A DNA stretch of 63,916 bases, filler included, from Choristocarpus tenellus KU-1152 (lineage: Eukaryota > Protista > Phaeophyceae), in assembly GCA_964200185.2 (NCBI GenBank). It is 13 parts of 13 records of this genome, joined end to end, with 100 filler letters (N's around TTAATTAATTAA, not from the genome) between each part and the next. Parts side by side here need not be neighbours in the genome. Positions count along the whole stretch, not along the records: positions 25,018 to 30,775 come from CAXNAD020009828.1; positions 30,876 to 35,750 come from CAXNAD020012700.1; positions 35,851 to 38,371 come from CAXNAD020027117.1; positions 38,472 to 42,032 come from CAXNAD020019251.1; 9 more parts are not named here. One strand, written 5' to 3'. Under the pieces are notes generated by a model. The model made no database searches. It worked only from the letters and a program-made list of their open reading frames with translations, and was not told where the DNA came from. Position 1 is the first letter of the stretch, and each line of letters opens with the position of its first letter. Below, one piece after another: positions 25,064 through 39,033 of this stretch. Made by a program: the position numbers and the translations under genes.

Positions 25064-28000
25064 ATCCATGATGGACAGCCCCTTGGACCTGAGGCACCTG
25101 GATGGAGATACTGTAGTATCGAAGAACTCTTTTGAGGCGGCAATGTATGCAGCAGGGTCTGTTTGTGATGCTGTGGACAGGTGAGGGGTGCCTTACTTTG
25201 GGGTGGACTGTAGAGGGGGGAATGGGTGGGGGAGTGATGATGACTGGTATGTTGGAGGGGGGGGGGTAGTTTTATTATTTTGTTCTTTAACCCAGATATA
25301 GATACAGGTGAAGTATCTGGAGGAATGTAGTTAGTACACCATCCTAGGCGTAAGTCTGGATATAGTGATATTGTGGTATAGTGGTATAGTGGTTTGCTTG
25401 GGCATCCTACAATGGGCACTGCTGGAATATGTTTTTTTCTAGGGATGGGCGTTTCCTTGTTCTCCGTTGCTTAATTTTTTTATGGAACGTGCAGATGTAT
25501 CTTGATTGCCTTTGATTGATGGGGTACATAAAATATGTTTTTAATCATTGTGGAAAGACTGGAATGGATTAATGAGGAATCAAATCATTATTGAGTGGAG
25601 TGTGGAGTGGTACGACATTCTTCTATTCTACCGATGTTAATGATGTTTTGATTTAGGTTGTTTGACACTGCCAATGTTTTCCTGTGTGGTCTTCATGGCT
25701 TGTGTGCATCACCCTGACCAACCCTGCGTTAAAGACCGGGCTGGTGCTGAGTTTTTGTGAGTTGTTGGAAGGCTTTTGGTGCTGAGGGTCCGGTCCGGTG
25801 GTCTCACCATCATCTTCTTTTATTTAATTATTGTCCTGATGACATCACTGATCGATCCACTCTTGCTTGTGGCCCTACCCTGATTACGCACTTTTGGGAC
25901 GTACATATTTTTGGTGTGCAGGGTGATGAAGGGAACTAACAGAAACGCCTTCTGTGCTGTGAGACCACCGGGACATCACGCTGGCCCTCGTGGTGTTGTC
26001 ACCTGTGGGAATGACGCAGCTGGTTCGCATGGGTTCTGCCTGCTCAACAATGTGGTGAGAGAGACAAAGCAATGGTTTGTATTGACTTCTTCCATGCTCT
26101 ACCCCTGGATATTTTGTGTACCTAGACCTACCCAAGTTTGAGTGTTGTGGTGTACTAAGCCTTTATTCAAGATTGATCTTGAAGTCTCCCCGCCTTCTAA
26201 AGTATTGAAAACTCTGATGTAGTAATGGCTGCATTAGCATCATATAGAGATGTGTGTGTGTGTGTTGTAGTACTCTATGCACAAAGTATGTGTGATATCC
26301 ATTCCCCTAACCCCCTGCAATACCCCTCCCCACTCATTGGGGTGGATGTATTAGGCAATTGGTGCAGCTTATGCTAGGCATGTGCATCGAGCTGGAGGTG
26401 TGGATAAGGTGGCAATAGTTGATATTGATGTACATCACGGTGAGTGTCTTGGTGTGCTTGAGTGGAGGAAGTGAAACAAAGGGGTAATTATTTATTTTTA
26501 TTACTTGTGTATCTTCAAGTTAGTGGAGGAAGTATGTTGTTGTTACCCACATTAGTGTAAGAGGTCCCAGACTTTTGATCAAAACATGGTCAAAGGTAAT
26601 GCAATAATAATATAAATGATGCTTGAGAGGATACAAAATACTGTTGAAAAAAAAATTAAGAAAAAGGAATAAAAAAATCAAGTTTTTTTCACTGGTCGGC
26701 AAATGAAAATGGTCCTGTCTGTAGGCCGAACCAGTCCCACAATGTTCTCAGATGTACTTGTTCATGCCCACTAGGATTTGTACTGGTTCATTTCTGTTAG
26801 CTGGACCAGGTCCAACATTTTCTAACACATCCGGACCGTGTCCATGAGGTATTGTACTAATCGATGTACCTTTTTTGTGTGATACCTTTTCTTTGTTGTG
26901 TAGTGCAAGAGTGTTTTTTGTGCGATGTGTATGTTGTGTGCTCCTCCTCTTCACTTCCTTGGTGCATTTTGGGAGTCGCAGCTCTTTTGTTGTCTTCGGG
27001 TTACATGTCATGATGTGTGCAGACTTGACATTCACGCCTGAATAGTTAGTCAGTTAGTTAGTTAGTTAGTCAGTCAGTTGCGCTTGATATGCTATCGCGT
27101 GTTAGAAGAGTAGTCGTCGTTCCCTTTTTTGTTTTGTATGTTGAGTTAGGTTTATTGTACGTGTAGGCGTTTGCAACTGTTTCTTGTAGGTATCGTTGAT
27201 GCACACTTGGCAGTTCTAAAATTAAACTGTTTTGCTCAACTCATTCAATGCCATCTCCTCCCTGCGATGCGATACCCGTCACTGGTGTTGGTCTACTTGT
27301 GCCATTTGTGCCACTGCTTTGGTTCTCCTGCGAAATATTGTGTCCTTTGTTGGTTTTTGTGTTGGGTGGGTATGTGTTGTGTTTCCTAAAAGGGAATGGC
27401 ACAGAAGAGATTGTACGGTCGCTGGTGCCGTCTGAGGAGAAGGCCATTGTCACAACACCATTTTGCTCGGGAACACTTCAGCAGGTAAGGAAGAGTGTGG
27501 TTTAACTTGGAGAGCTTATATGCAAGAAAGAAGAGTTGGAACTGTGCACAAGCCATGCGAATTCGTGTGTGTGTGTGTGTGTGATTTTTGTGCTGTTGTT
27601 GGGGTCTGCACTTCATATCATACCCTTTTTCAAGACGGGGTTATGTTTTGCGTTTCCAGTGATCCCTATTGGGCTTACATCTTTTTTCTTGGCCTGTTTG
27701 ACTTGACAGGTGCGTTATAACCCTTGGCTCAATGAGGAAGATCCTTCAAAGTGCATGTTTGTGTCGGTCCATGGTTATGGTAAGAAGGACAAGGAGTTCC
27801 TAAACTTGCCAGGGGGGTGGTTCTACCCTGGGTCGGGTGCCACCAACATTTGTGAAGTGGAAGGGATGCCAGTGGACACTGACCAGCCTCCAACATCCGA
27901 ACCCCCTGTTGGAGTAGGGAGAGAAGGAGGTGATGCTCAAGGAACCAATATGGCGGGATTGAAGGCCAGTACTCAGGGGGAGGGGGGAGAGGTAATGAGG

Positions 28001-30775
28001 GGGAGGGGGGGGTATTTGTGTGGGTGTTCCTTGTTGTCGAGGAAACATGTTATTTTTTTTATCATTGTTGTTGTAGTCTTGGTTTGGTGGTGCTGCATTA
28101 TTTCTGTGTTAGGGTTAGTTGGGTGCATTGTTGTATTGTTGATATTCAAGAGGTGGAAAGTTGAGAAAATGTAAGTATGGTGAAGTATGGCGAAGGCGTA
28201 ATATAACCCTGGAGTAGGTTGAAAGTGTATTGAATTGTATTGAATTGGACTCCTTTTTTTATTTCTGGTGGATATGTGTAGGTATTTCTGAAACATAGGA
28301 AGGCGTTGTTGAAGCGATAAATCCACTCTTGAAATTTTGAACGTGCTGCGTAATTCCGTTCTGTTGTTGATCCGTTTTTGTTTGTTGTTTTTTTCAGAGG
28401 CGTGGCCAAGAAGAGGATAAAGGCCGGGGAGTCAGCTTGGTCAGAGAAAATACGGGAAGGAATGGTGACAGCGAGAAAAACAAAAAAAAGTCACTCATTC
28501 TGGATGTGGGGATGGGCCTCACCCCAGGAGACCCCCCCGGGGGGCGTCATCGTTGGCGAGACGTGTATCGGAGAGATGTCATGCCCAGGCTGGTAGCGTT
28601 TAATCCGGACTTAATCCTTGTCAGTGCAGGTTTTGATGCCCATAAGAAGGACTCGATCAACCTGGGGTACATAGGGCTGCTGGAGGAGGACTATGAGTGG
28701 GTTACACAGCAGCTTGTCCAGGTGTGGAGGTTGTGTCTTGTGTGTCTGTGTGGTGGGGGATGGAGTGGGATGGGCGGGAGGATTTGTAGGTTGGTTATTT
28801 TTTTCTTGTTTGTTTGTTGTTGGGTCTGTTTGGTGGGGGTTGGGGGTAGTAGGGAAGTTGTTGTGAAAATATGCTTTTTTTCATGTGAGGAATTGGGGCT
28901 GTACACTTTTTTAGATTTTTTTTTTAAGGAACTTGTTATTGTGGTAAAACTATGCGTGACAACTCTTTTTATTTTTTTTATTTTTTATTTACTTGTGGGG
29001 TAACTTGATACGCATTGAGTCACCAATTCAATGTTTGGACATTTTGCCAAGCGCGTGCGTGTGTGATTGGGGTTTTTTTACTAATTTTTTTGTACTATTT
29101 TGATTGCGTGGTGTGCTGTTTTTTTTGTACTATTTTGTTTAGGTGGCCAACAAATGCTGTGAGGGGAGGATTGTTTCTGTTTTGGAAGGAGGCTACCGGG
29201 TACAGGGAGGGGTGGTATCTGCATTTGGGAGGAGTGTGGCGGGACATGTGAGGGCATTGCTGGATGGGTGTACCTCTCGACAGGTGGAGCTCAGGGTTAG
29301 GGTTAGATGCCAGCAAGGGGCTGGACATTTTGGTTCTCCATTGTACAGTAGTTATGTTGTGTGTTATCTTTTATCATGGCAGATTTTTCCTGTTGTGGTA
29401 AGTTGTGAACTTCTTTACTTCTTACTGTTTGGCTGGTGCTTCTTTATCAGTGTCATTTGTGTAGCTGGGTGTTTTTTGAACATCTGACTAGATGATGACA
29501 TCATTGTGCTTTATGACTGGTGACAGGTGTACTCGAACACGCATCACTACTGTATATTTTTGTAGTATTTGGGAGGCTGGTGCTCGTGTTGCCTTTTGTG
29601 AGTGCTTCCCAACTGGTGAATCAGATTCCCAGTCATACTCCTGAGTCGTTCATGCCCCTACCCCACCTGTCCCTCCTGCACAACACTGACAATGCTTTTT
29701 CAGGAGTGGAGTGAGGAGGATGCAAAGCGAGAGAGTGACTTTGAGGCACATTTGCTAAAGGAGAGAGAACGCAAGAAACTTATGAAGCGCCAACAGCAGG
29801 CACAGGTTTGGCTTATCCCCCCCCCCTATCTTCCTCCTCTTCACAGTCGTGTAGTCATTATGCATTTTTGGGGGTGAGTGACGAGGAACAAAAGGACTTT
29901 TTTTGGATAGGAACTTGTTCTGAACAGTTGCAGCTGTAGAGATTTTAGTGATTTGGTGAGGTTTTGGTGGTTTCTAAGGGAGAGGTTGGTGTTATTTGTG
30001 ATGTTGGAACAGGTGCTCGTAGGTGGGTGTTATTTTTGTGTTGTTAGAGGGGGGTAAATGACATCTGTGTTGATGAGGTTGTGTTGTTTGTGGGGCAGGT
30101 GAGGGTGAAGTATTGTTCGTTGGATGAAGGGGGTTTAAAGGTGGATTGGGGATGACAGGAGGAAGTGTTTTGGGGTTTTGTTAGTAGGAGAGGCGCAAGG
30201 TGTGAAGTAATGGCTCTTTTCGTGTTGGTTTGTGTTAATGGTTGATCTGTTAGTATGGTGTTGGTCTCAATCAAGAGGCAAGGTTATAGGTTGTTGCTAC
30301 TGTTGATACTTGTGTTTTCCCGTTTGTGTGGTTAGGGTTAGGGGGAGGAGGGGATATATGATCTTGATTTTGCAGGGTGCGTCACCTTTTTGCACACTTG
30401 CTCTTGCTTTATTTGTGGTTACACCCTCATTCATGTATGCTCAAATCCATTGTTGGGTGAAGGCACTGCATTTTATTTTTATTGTGTAACTGCCACTCTC
30501 CCTGACATCTCACTCATGCCCCATGTCCTCAACCTTTGAGGGAATCTGAGTGGTGTTGATACCTGTATCGCATATTAATGGTATTGTACCCTAACCCTTC
30601 ATAATTTACTTATGTTAATACAGACGGATATTGAACGTATCAAGAGTGAGGAAGTGGCATTCAAGATCCGGCTAGCTATGCTCCAAGATCAGGCCGTTGG
30701 CCCTGGGGCTGGACCTGGGCCTACCATGGATGTAGGGGAGGTGGGGGGAGCAGCAGGAGGAGAGGAGGAGGGTGG
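25064..30775 (+). CDS. Zn-dependent histone deacetylase (class II-like), partial
   Basis: Exons 25064-25180, 25922-26054, 26355-26439, 27393-27484, 27710-27991, 28398-28721, 29143-29283, 29704-29805 and 30624-contig end. All catalytic motifs are intact: RPPGHH, GFC, DIDVHHGNGT, SAGFDAH, LEGGY. Confidence 0.95.
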
Positions 30776-31176
30776 NNNNNNNNNNNNNNNNNNNNNNNNN
30801 NNNNNNNNNNNNNNNNNNNTTAATTAATTAANNNNNNNNNNNNNNNNNNNNNNNNNNNNNNNNNNNNNNNNNNNNCAGTAATGGTACAGTTAATCAACAG
30901 CATACAATTCAATTCCCCCCACCCCCCCTCCCCCCCCAAAAAACACACACACAACCACACCAAATTATTATGTACATAATATTCAACAAGTGGACCAAAA
31001 ATTACATGAAAATAGTTTATAGCTTGGTGCTTGAGGATTGACGCTTCTCATCATGACACAAAGATTGAATAAAAATTTCCACTACAAAGGCCCCACCAGT
31101 TCAACCTATTGTTGTTATTCAAACTCTATTGTTCGAATGTCCCCTACCCAAAGACCTTGGCATACGACTCTCTACC

Positions 31177-31231
<55 letters not shown>

Positions 31232-31246
31232 TACAGACAGACACAC

Positions 31247-34200
31247 CTGCTCCAGAGTAACGCCCAGAAGCATCATCGCAGCCACCAGAGCCACCACACC
31301 TAGAACCAATGTTGGAAAGTACTCCTTCCCGAGGAGTTTACCCATAATGCCGCAAGAACCTCCCTAACATGAAAAAATAACGATAGCAACAATAAGAGAG
31401 TAAAAACAATAATTACTTTTTAAAAGTACTTAAAGCCACATGCATACAAACAGAAATTCAGGTCAAAACACATGGAAGGCGGAAGAAAATGGAAAAGGAA
31501 GGGCTCAGGTAGACCATACTCCATGGGGAAAATATAATACATACATGTATGTGTATGAGTGTACATACACATTGCGAACAATAAGGTACTGGGGTGTCAG
31601 GGTTTCTTACTGTTACACAAGCAGTGATGCAATGTGATGCGATGCGATGTGATGTGATGAGATATGATGAGATGTGATGAGATGTGATGAGATGTGATGA
31701 GATATGATGAGATGTGATGAGATATGATGAGATGTGATGAGATATGATGAGATGTGATGAGATGTGATGAGATGTGATGCAATGTAATGAGATGTGATGA
31801 GATGTGATGCAATGTAATGAGATGTGATGAGATGTGATGCAATGTGATGAGATGGTGGAGGGTGAACGAAGGGAATTCAGATGCGTGTTTCAATACACTC
31901 TTGGAGCAAGAAGGGTAGAGTGAACCAACCTAACAATAATAAATAAATAAATAAATAAGATGCATGCACCTCTGTTGAACAGCTTAGGGTTAGGGCTCAA
32001 AATGTGTGAGAGCCAAGACGAGCAAAAGGAAAATCATACCAAGCAACTTCAAAAAATCGACACCTAACTCCCTTCTTTGTTCCAACGCCACAACCATTTC
32101 CAAGCATGTGCACTCGTGCGTACTGCACACAGACAATAATAATAATAATAATAATAATAACCAACTCTTCCATCCACTTTGACATCAAAAACACCACCAA
32201 ATCACTCCGAGCACAGCAGAAAAAAAAAAAAACTGTACCTTTCCCGTTATCTCGTAGATCCACACCTCCAGTGCCAGAAAAAGGAACATCGTCAAGTAGG
32301 CCAGGTGCACCACCACGAACAAGAAAAAGCAACGGTTGTTCAACAACCCAACACAGTTATTGAGCCACACGCAGTGATGATCCATCCGTCCCACGCAGAA
32401 ACCGCACTGGGCACAATGCTGCACATGATGGATATGGACGGTAGAATATATATTATAGAATATATACAATAGGATATATACATGCACATGCAAACAAGAG
32501 TCAGGTGTGTGTGTGTGTGTGTGTGTGCGTGCACTGATTGCAAATGAATTTGCACAAGTAAATTCATGTATTCTTCATTCCTTAACCCTTGTGTTGCCAG
32601 GCATATACTTGTGTGTTGTTTATGTGAGTGTGTGTGTGTGTGTGTGTGAAAGTGAGAGTATGAGATCATCATTCCAAGTGGATACGTCTTTTTTTCTTTC
32701 GAGTGAGTTTGTATGGGCTCAGCTGTTACTTCTGTACAAAGAAAAAAAAACTATTGAACACAATAGAACAAGGTGAGTCACTTATATTCTTCAATCAACT
32801 GCAGATAATGCCTTCAAAGGATGAGAAAAATCTCCCTCAACATAGAGACATAATTAGCTCCCTTGACAACATGCAAACCATTACTAAACATCAGTTCACA
32901 CTTTTACTACATTGGTCAACACCCTTCATCTTCACTACAAAAGGGTTTCCATGATGATATCCAGGAACCGAAACAGCTACTGCTGAGAATGGAGACAAGA
33001 GTCAGACATTCCCCAGCAGAAGCCTAAGAGACGACATCCAAAACCACAGCCAACAGGATGGCCAACTCTCAAGACTTTTTTTTTCCCCCCTCTTGATTCT
33101 TGATACAAAAGCGATTTCGGATCAGCGCACAAAAAATCAGAACAATATTTCTACAATTGCCGCTATTCCACATTGAGAAACAAGGCAAGAAACGCCTCCA
33201 ACACAAGGAACCAGGAAATGTCAAGACCGAATATCATCATCACTTTTGAAAAAGAAAAAAATACAATCCGCCTGAAATTGTTTGCATTAAAAAAAAATCG
33301 ACACGAGTCTGCTTATTCAACTAAAAGATACTTCGCAGGCTTTTTTTATACGACTCAGAAAAAAAAATTCAAACAAATAAATTAATCTTTGCAAACCACT
33401 GTGGTCCACCTCACCCTCCGACCTCAAGCGTTTTCCACTTTGTCTCTTTCTTTTATACTCAGTAAAAACATATCTGCTAATGCAAACAATTTTAAACATC
33501 AACAAAGTAGTATCATAGTAATATGAATACATATGGATGGGTCAGAATCCATACACCCCACCATTCCACCTGGTAAAAAAATAATCACAGTGAAGCAAAA
33601 AAACAATTAGTACACCCTATTCCAGCCCCCCCCCCCCCCTTCCCTTCCCCCTTGCTTTCTGTGCGTAACTGCTAACTGTCCCACACCTTGGAGCGAAAAG
33701 GTTTCCTCACGAGGCAGGTGTAGCACCAACGCCTTTTATCTGGACCTCCCCCACCAGCAGCCACCTCCTCAATCAGCCCTCCAAATGCACTCCCCTCCCT
33801 CGCAACCTCAACACCTGACACCACCCCAGGGTCACCATGACCCCAGCAATGCCTCCTCCTTCTCAAGTAACTCCCTTGTGAAGTCAGTCTCTGCCCTGGC
33901 ACATCCTGATGATCCATCTGGCCCCCCTCTGCCTTCCCCCCCGCAACCCCACTGTCCTCCCCTCCCCCCACCACCGCTGATCCCCGATCTCTTGACTTAC
34001 CCGGCAGATCAGCATCCCACACTACCCCAGTCTTCACAAACGCCCACGAAACTAACCGGAAAGCCCAAAGAGCAAGAGACAAGGCAAGGAGAGCAATGGC
34101 AAGCCAGACCTCCCACCTCACCCCTGACCAACTATCATCACGCAGAAGGGAAACGCCTGCAAAGTCTGGTAACTGTGAACTTCCAGATTCAACATGGTTT

Positions 34201-34327
34201 GCCAGGCGGAAACCCAGCATGACGGAGTAGGTCACAAAGCAGAGGGCAAAGCCACTCCAGAGCGCTAAGTGGCGCTCTGGGGCAATGGAGAGCGCCATCA
34301 AGGCTTCGGCAACACTACCTGCCAATA
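31247..34327 (-). CDS. DHHC palmitoyl acyltransferase, partial
   Basis: Exons 34327-33687, 32418-32239, 31363-31247. The spliced sequence reads WCYTCLVRKPFRSK|HCAQCGFCVGRMDHHCVWLNNCVG, followed by TM helices. Confidence 0.95.
31625..31853. repeat. Pentanucleotide microsatellite (GATGT/GATGA)n, intronic
   Basis: About 45 degenerate 5-mers. Confidence 0.95.
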
Positions 34328-36683
34328 CTGTAGGAAGTGACAGCCAAATCTTTTTTCTTTGTTCACCCTTCCTTCCCTTTGGAATATGTCTGTGTGTCAT
34401 CATAGACAGTGGGGGGGGGGAGGGGGAAAGAGAGGGATTGTGAATATGAACTGGAATGGATATGTGTGCAAGTCAGATGTGGGATGTAAGCTGTGGGATG
34501 TTGATCCACCCTCAACACGACTCCATATACGTTCAATTCCCAAATGCAATAACAATAAAAAGAAAATATTCACATGGTGTCCAAGCAAAAAAATCAACAC
34601 CACTGTTCGAATACAATTATTTGAGACAATTCCAGAAGAAAAAAAAAACAGTAACAATAATATAAATCCGTACAATAATATAAATCCATACAAATGGTTA
34701 CGTGTAAAAAGAAAAGTGAATGTATGTGTGCTCCATTGAAGTGCATAAAATAACAAACAAAAAGTATAACAAAAACAGTAACAGTGTCACACACACACAC
34801 ACACATTAGTTGTACACACACACAACTCTTTGTTCTGAATACAATGTGTATCAAGAAGAGGAAGCACCACGGCATCCATCTGCTGCATTAGTAATACCAG
34901 CATCCAACTATCCACAGGGTAATCCGGCGAGGTACTGCTCATTCCCACCTGATATTATACCAGTAAAACCTGATCATTCATGCCGCACGCAAGCAAGCAA
35001 CACACTCTGAGCACCACCATCTATAATACAGAATACACAGGAGGTGTAAAAACAACTACATACAAAAAATAAAATAAAACAAAATAAAATAAAATAAATA
35101 AAACAAAGCCCTGATCGGTTGTACCTACCCCCACCCAAGATATATACACCATCTACATTACGTACAGCACACGCCATCATCCATGTTATACACACGGAGC
35201 CCACTTTAGCTAAAACATCACAGCATTGCTCTTTCGTAGCACATGGATTCATTTGCAGGACCACCTCGTCTACCAATACATCACACGACCACACAACGCC
35301 TTGACAAGATGTAGAAAGACCAACACATTTGTTTCAACCGCCTCATGTCTCTACATAGAGATCCAATTGTTGCACAACTCTGCCTAGGAACACAGTGACC
35401 AGGGTCAACAAGCCCCCACAAACAACTCACCACCATCACAACATGACATGACAGACCACGCCCTATTGAATCACATTGGAGATCACACCAGTTAAAAACA
35501 CCTGAGTAGCAGCAATCGTACTCCACTCTACTCAACAATGTTATCTAGCTATTGTCCATCTCATCTGCTGGACTCTAGGGCGCAAACCAGAATGTAATTG
35601 ACAACCTGACTGCAAACAAGAGTGGTTGTGCCCTGAAGTATAAATACCGACCTGACTCTTGGGTACACTTAAGAATAGAAAAAAAAAATGCCTCCAAAAC
35701 AAACCAAAAAAAAAAAAAATCATACAATAAAGGGCATACGGACGGACTGTNNNNNNNNNNNNNNNNNNNNNNNNNNNNNNNNNNNNNNNNNNNNTTAATT
35801 AATTAANNNNNNNNNNNNNNNNNNNNNNNNNNNNNNNNNNNNNNNNNNNNCGTATACTGCTCGCGCCAGTCAAAGCGCGGGAAGAAATACTCGCGCTACT
35901 CGCCTGTAACAGCTATGCTGTCTACCAATAAAGGGAACCCACTCCGATTTTAATGTGCCTTTACTTTCACATTGATATATTTGTCTCGAAAAGGACCCCA
36001 TCAGCATGGTATCAATGTTACAGGCACGCTCCAGACACTTACCTCCATAATAGGATGTGTAGCTCCAATCCACAGGCCTATAGTTGACGCCGATGCTTGT
36101 ACAAGGCTCCCAGGATATTCCGACGGTCAAAGGGGTCCAATCCACAGGTTAACGAACGTCAAATCAGCAGAACAGGTGTACTCCTAATGAATCAATGAGC
36201 GTATGAATGTGTATCGGTATCAGCTAAGAGTGTCTTATGTGGGTGTCTGAACCCAAACTGAGCCATTTGGAGCCGTTTTTAGGATCTCTTATCATCTTTT
36301 ACTGTTGGGCTTCTTTGGTTCACAGACGTTCGAATATATCTGAGAATCCTTACAAATTTTATTCTGCAACTTTTAGCAAATCGAAATTCCCCCTTTTGGG
36401 GTTCCCCACGCGTGTACACTGCTCGTGCCGGTTAAAGCGTGGGAAGAAATGCTCACACTACTCGCCAGCAACACTAAATGGAGGTCAAAAATCTCTTTAG
36501 TACTAGAAAAAATAATATGAGATTGGGGAAAGAGAGACTGGGAAAGGGACAAAAACGAGGGAAAATTCAATCTACTAGTTCGAAGTATATGCAGTATAAA
36601 GTAGGAACTTTTATATAATAATAATCACTAGAGTGGTGGATGTAGTGGTATAGGACGACACACCAAAACCAAAATCATTTCTT

Positions 36684-36755
36684 CTCCCTCGCCGGGAATC
36701 GAACCCGGGTCTCCTGAGTGAAAGTCAGATATCCTAACCGTTGGACTACGAGGGA
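36684..36755 (-). tRNA. tRNA-Glu(TTC)
   Basis: Minus strand TCCCTCGTAGTCCAACGGTTAGGATATCTGACTTTCACTCAGGAGACCCGGGTTCGATTCCCGGCGAGGGAG: 7-bp acceptor stem, anticodon loop CT-TTC-AC, GTTCGA T-loop, downstream TTTT run. Confidence 0.95.
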
Positions 36756-36964
36756 ATATAAAACATGTTTCTCAAAAGTCCACAAAATATTTATAAACTC
36801 AATTACATTGATACTCTTAACTTTCCCAATATTGCTGGTGAGGCAGAGGACCTAGCCGAGGGAGTATAGGAATTACTTGCCCTACCTCCTGGTCCAATAA
36901 AACTGCTAACAGAAAATATGCTTGCCAGAGTTTAGGTAGTGGATCAATGTGAGAGCGACTTGGG

Positions 36965-37325
36965 TGAGGTGTTTGACAATCCCTGTGTAGATACGTCAAT
37001 TAACTATGTTTCCTCGGATGATATACTGGATTAGGAGTGCGTACACCTGTATAATTTGGTCTCTACACTAGATCGAACTAGAAATACAAGGGAGGGGCGT
37101 TACCTGACAAACCATTGCACACGAAAGTATTGATCCACTTATGCTCATCATATGTCTGCCACTGCAACACAGAATAAAAAAATATAGATGGGATAAGAAG
37201 ATTACCTGTGTGATATACTTCCTTACAATTCAATACCACTAGTGAATTGCTGTTACATATCCGGTTAGCTACTCCAAACTGTATCTGAAGCTCCACCAGT
37301 GATATCCATGTGTGTCCCACCACCT
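36965..37325 (-). mobile_element. Fragment homologous to the 5' region of the mariner relic at ~49555-49915
   Basis: Reverse complement aligns with 49555-49915 (e.g. CACTAGTGAAT, TCTCTACACTAGA, GACAATCCCT); a third partial copy lies at ~48345-48420. Confidence 0.7.
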
Positions 37326-38159
37326 ATTACCATTATGAGGTGCATTCCCCTGAAGTATTTCGGTTCCTTAAAATGAGTAAATGGGCGATCCTCTAGCAAT
37401 AATGATCAATCCTGCTATGGCCAATCAAAGTAAGGAGTAGTTGCGTAATGTTATATTAGATACAAACTTAAAGCCTAATCAGCGATGCTGCACTGGATGG
37501 AGTTGTGCTTTGGTGAGAGGGTTACAGCTTTCTATACCAGCAAATGGTGCATGAGTGTAGTCACTAGCCAGACGGTGATACGTGTCATAGCACTTTGCCG
37601 TGACCAATTGATGATGATGATGATGACTAGTGTTACAGGCGAATTGAGGGGCGCCTGTAACACTAGTTAAGAAACATTAGTGGTGTCTTTATTAGAAGGA
37701 AGTCAAAATAGACCCTCTTGATGAGCATTTAGGGGATCTCGAATCTTCTCCCTGAGACTCAATTTTCCATGCCTAAAATGCAAGCTATCCCCCCTTAGAA
37801 GGTTGTGACTGTGGGCGAGGAGATGAACGTTTGTTCGTATAAGCGCAGAATCGTCCTCCGGAGTGTTAGAAGTATATGTACCAGAAGGCAATCACCAGGG
37901 CCCGAAATACTCACTTCATCCCTCTTTAAGATGCATTGGCTCTGTGTACATGGTAGCATAGAGCTCTAGGTGAGGTTGGACCAACAACACAGATCCTTCC
38001 ATTGGGGCATGATGCGTTACTGGCGAATAGTGCGAGCATTTCTTCTCGTGTTTTAGAAAGCGTGAGTAGTACGACAATAATAGCACATAGGTAGCCTTAC
38101 AGAATAAATGATGATTTGTTAGAAGATGCAGAGTAAGATTCGTGATGCATACGTAACCT

Positions 38160-38350
38160 TACAGAAGAAACGTCAAAATTCCTACAAGTTGCAGAATAAA
38201 GGTTTATGATTGGAGTACGTATACAGCAGTTTGCAGATGTCTTTTAGCTAATAGACTAAGAAAATAGGGTGGATGATGAAAAAAATAAAAGGGATTTTGG
38301 CCAGCATCCGTTACCTCTTTTAAAACAGTCTTTGATCTTGAACGAAACAT
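38160..38350 (+). repeat. Dispersed repeat, also at ~58965-59140
   Basis: Shared blocks AAGTTGCAGA.TAAA, TTTATGATTGGAGTAC, GATGATGAAAA, CAGTCTTT..TCTTGAA.GAAAC. Confidence 0.75.
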
Positions 38351-39033
38351 AGACCAAAGTATCTGGGGGGGNNNNNNNNNNNNNNNNNNNNNNNNNNNNN
38401 NNNNNNNNNNNNNNNTTAATTAATTAANNNNNNNNNNNNNNNNNNNNNNNNNNNNNNNNNNNNNNNNNNNNCACCCCCCCCCCCCAAAGTCCTTTCTCAT
38501 TCCATCACTGCACAAAAAAAAAACGTATTTGAAGCAATAGGGACAACAAACAAACAAACAAAAAAACAAAAAATCCCTGAGATTTTTTGGGAAGGCGTTT
38601 TCAAGGAGATCGAACTATTCACCAGCAAAGGGTAAATGTTGACTCGACTTTGGGGCTCTCTACAATCAGATATCCCCAAAAAATCTAGTGCAAGAATCGG
38701 TGGACAGCACTCCATCCCATCCCCCACCTCCCCCCCCCCAAAAAAAACACCCTCTGCATTGCTCTGCAATAAAAACGACCTCAAATCCTTATTACCGCCA
38801 TAGTCAACACCATGGGCCGGTACAAAGGTGCAGGGGACGGGGAAGCTATGGGGGATAGCGGCTAGAGAACCTAGTTGCAGTGATTGGGGGTGGGTGGAAA
38901 TTATCAGTTGACACAGCTGTTGGTACAGGCTCTGTCACAAGTAAAAGTTAAATATATTTTGTGATACCATGATTGAATCCATAGCACACCCCCTCTCTCT
39001 TTCTCTCTCTCTCTCTCTCTCTTATTGAACAAC

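Noticed and set aside
20396-30775. Apparent BRWD/WD40-HDAC fusion or chromatin gene cluster on the same strand
   Set aside because: The two genes lie on different contigs separated by an artificial linker (24918-25017), so adjacency is not evidence of linkage.
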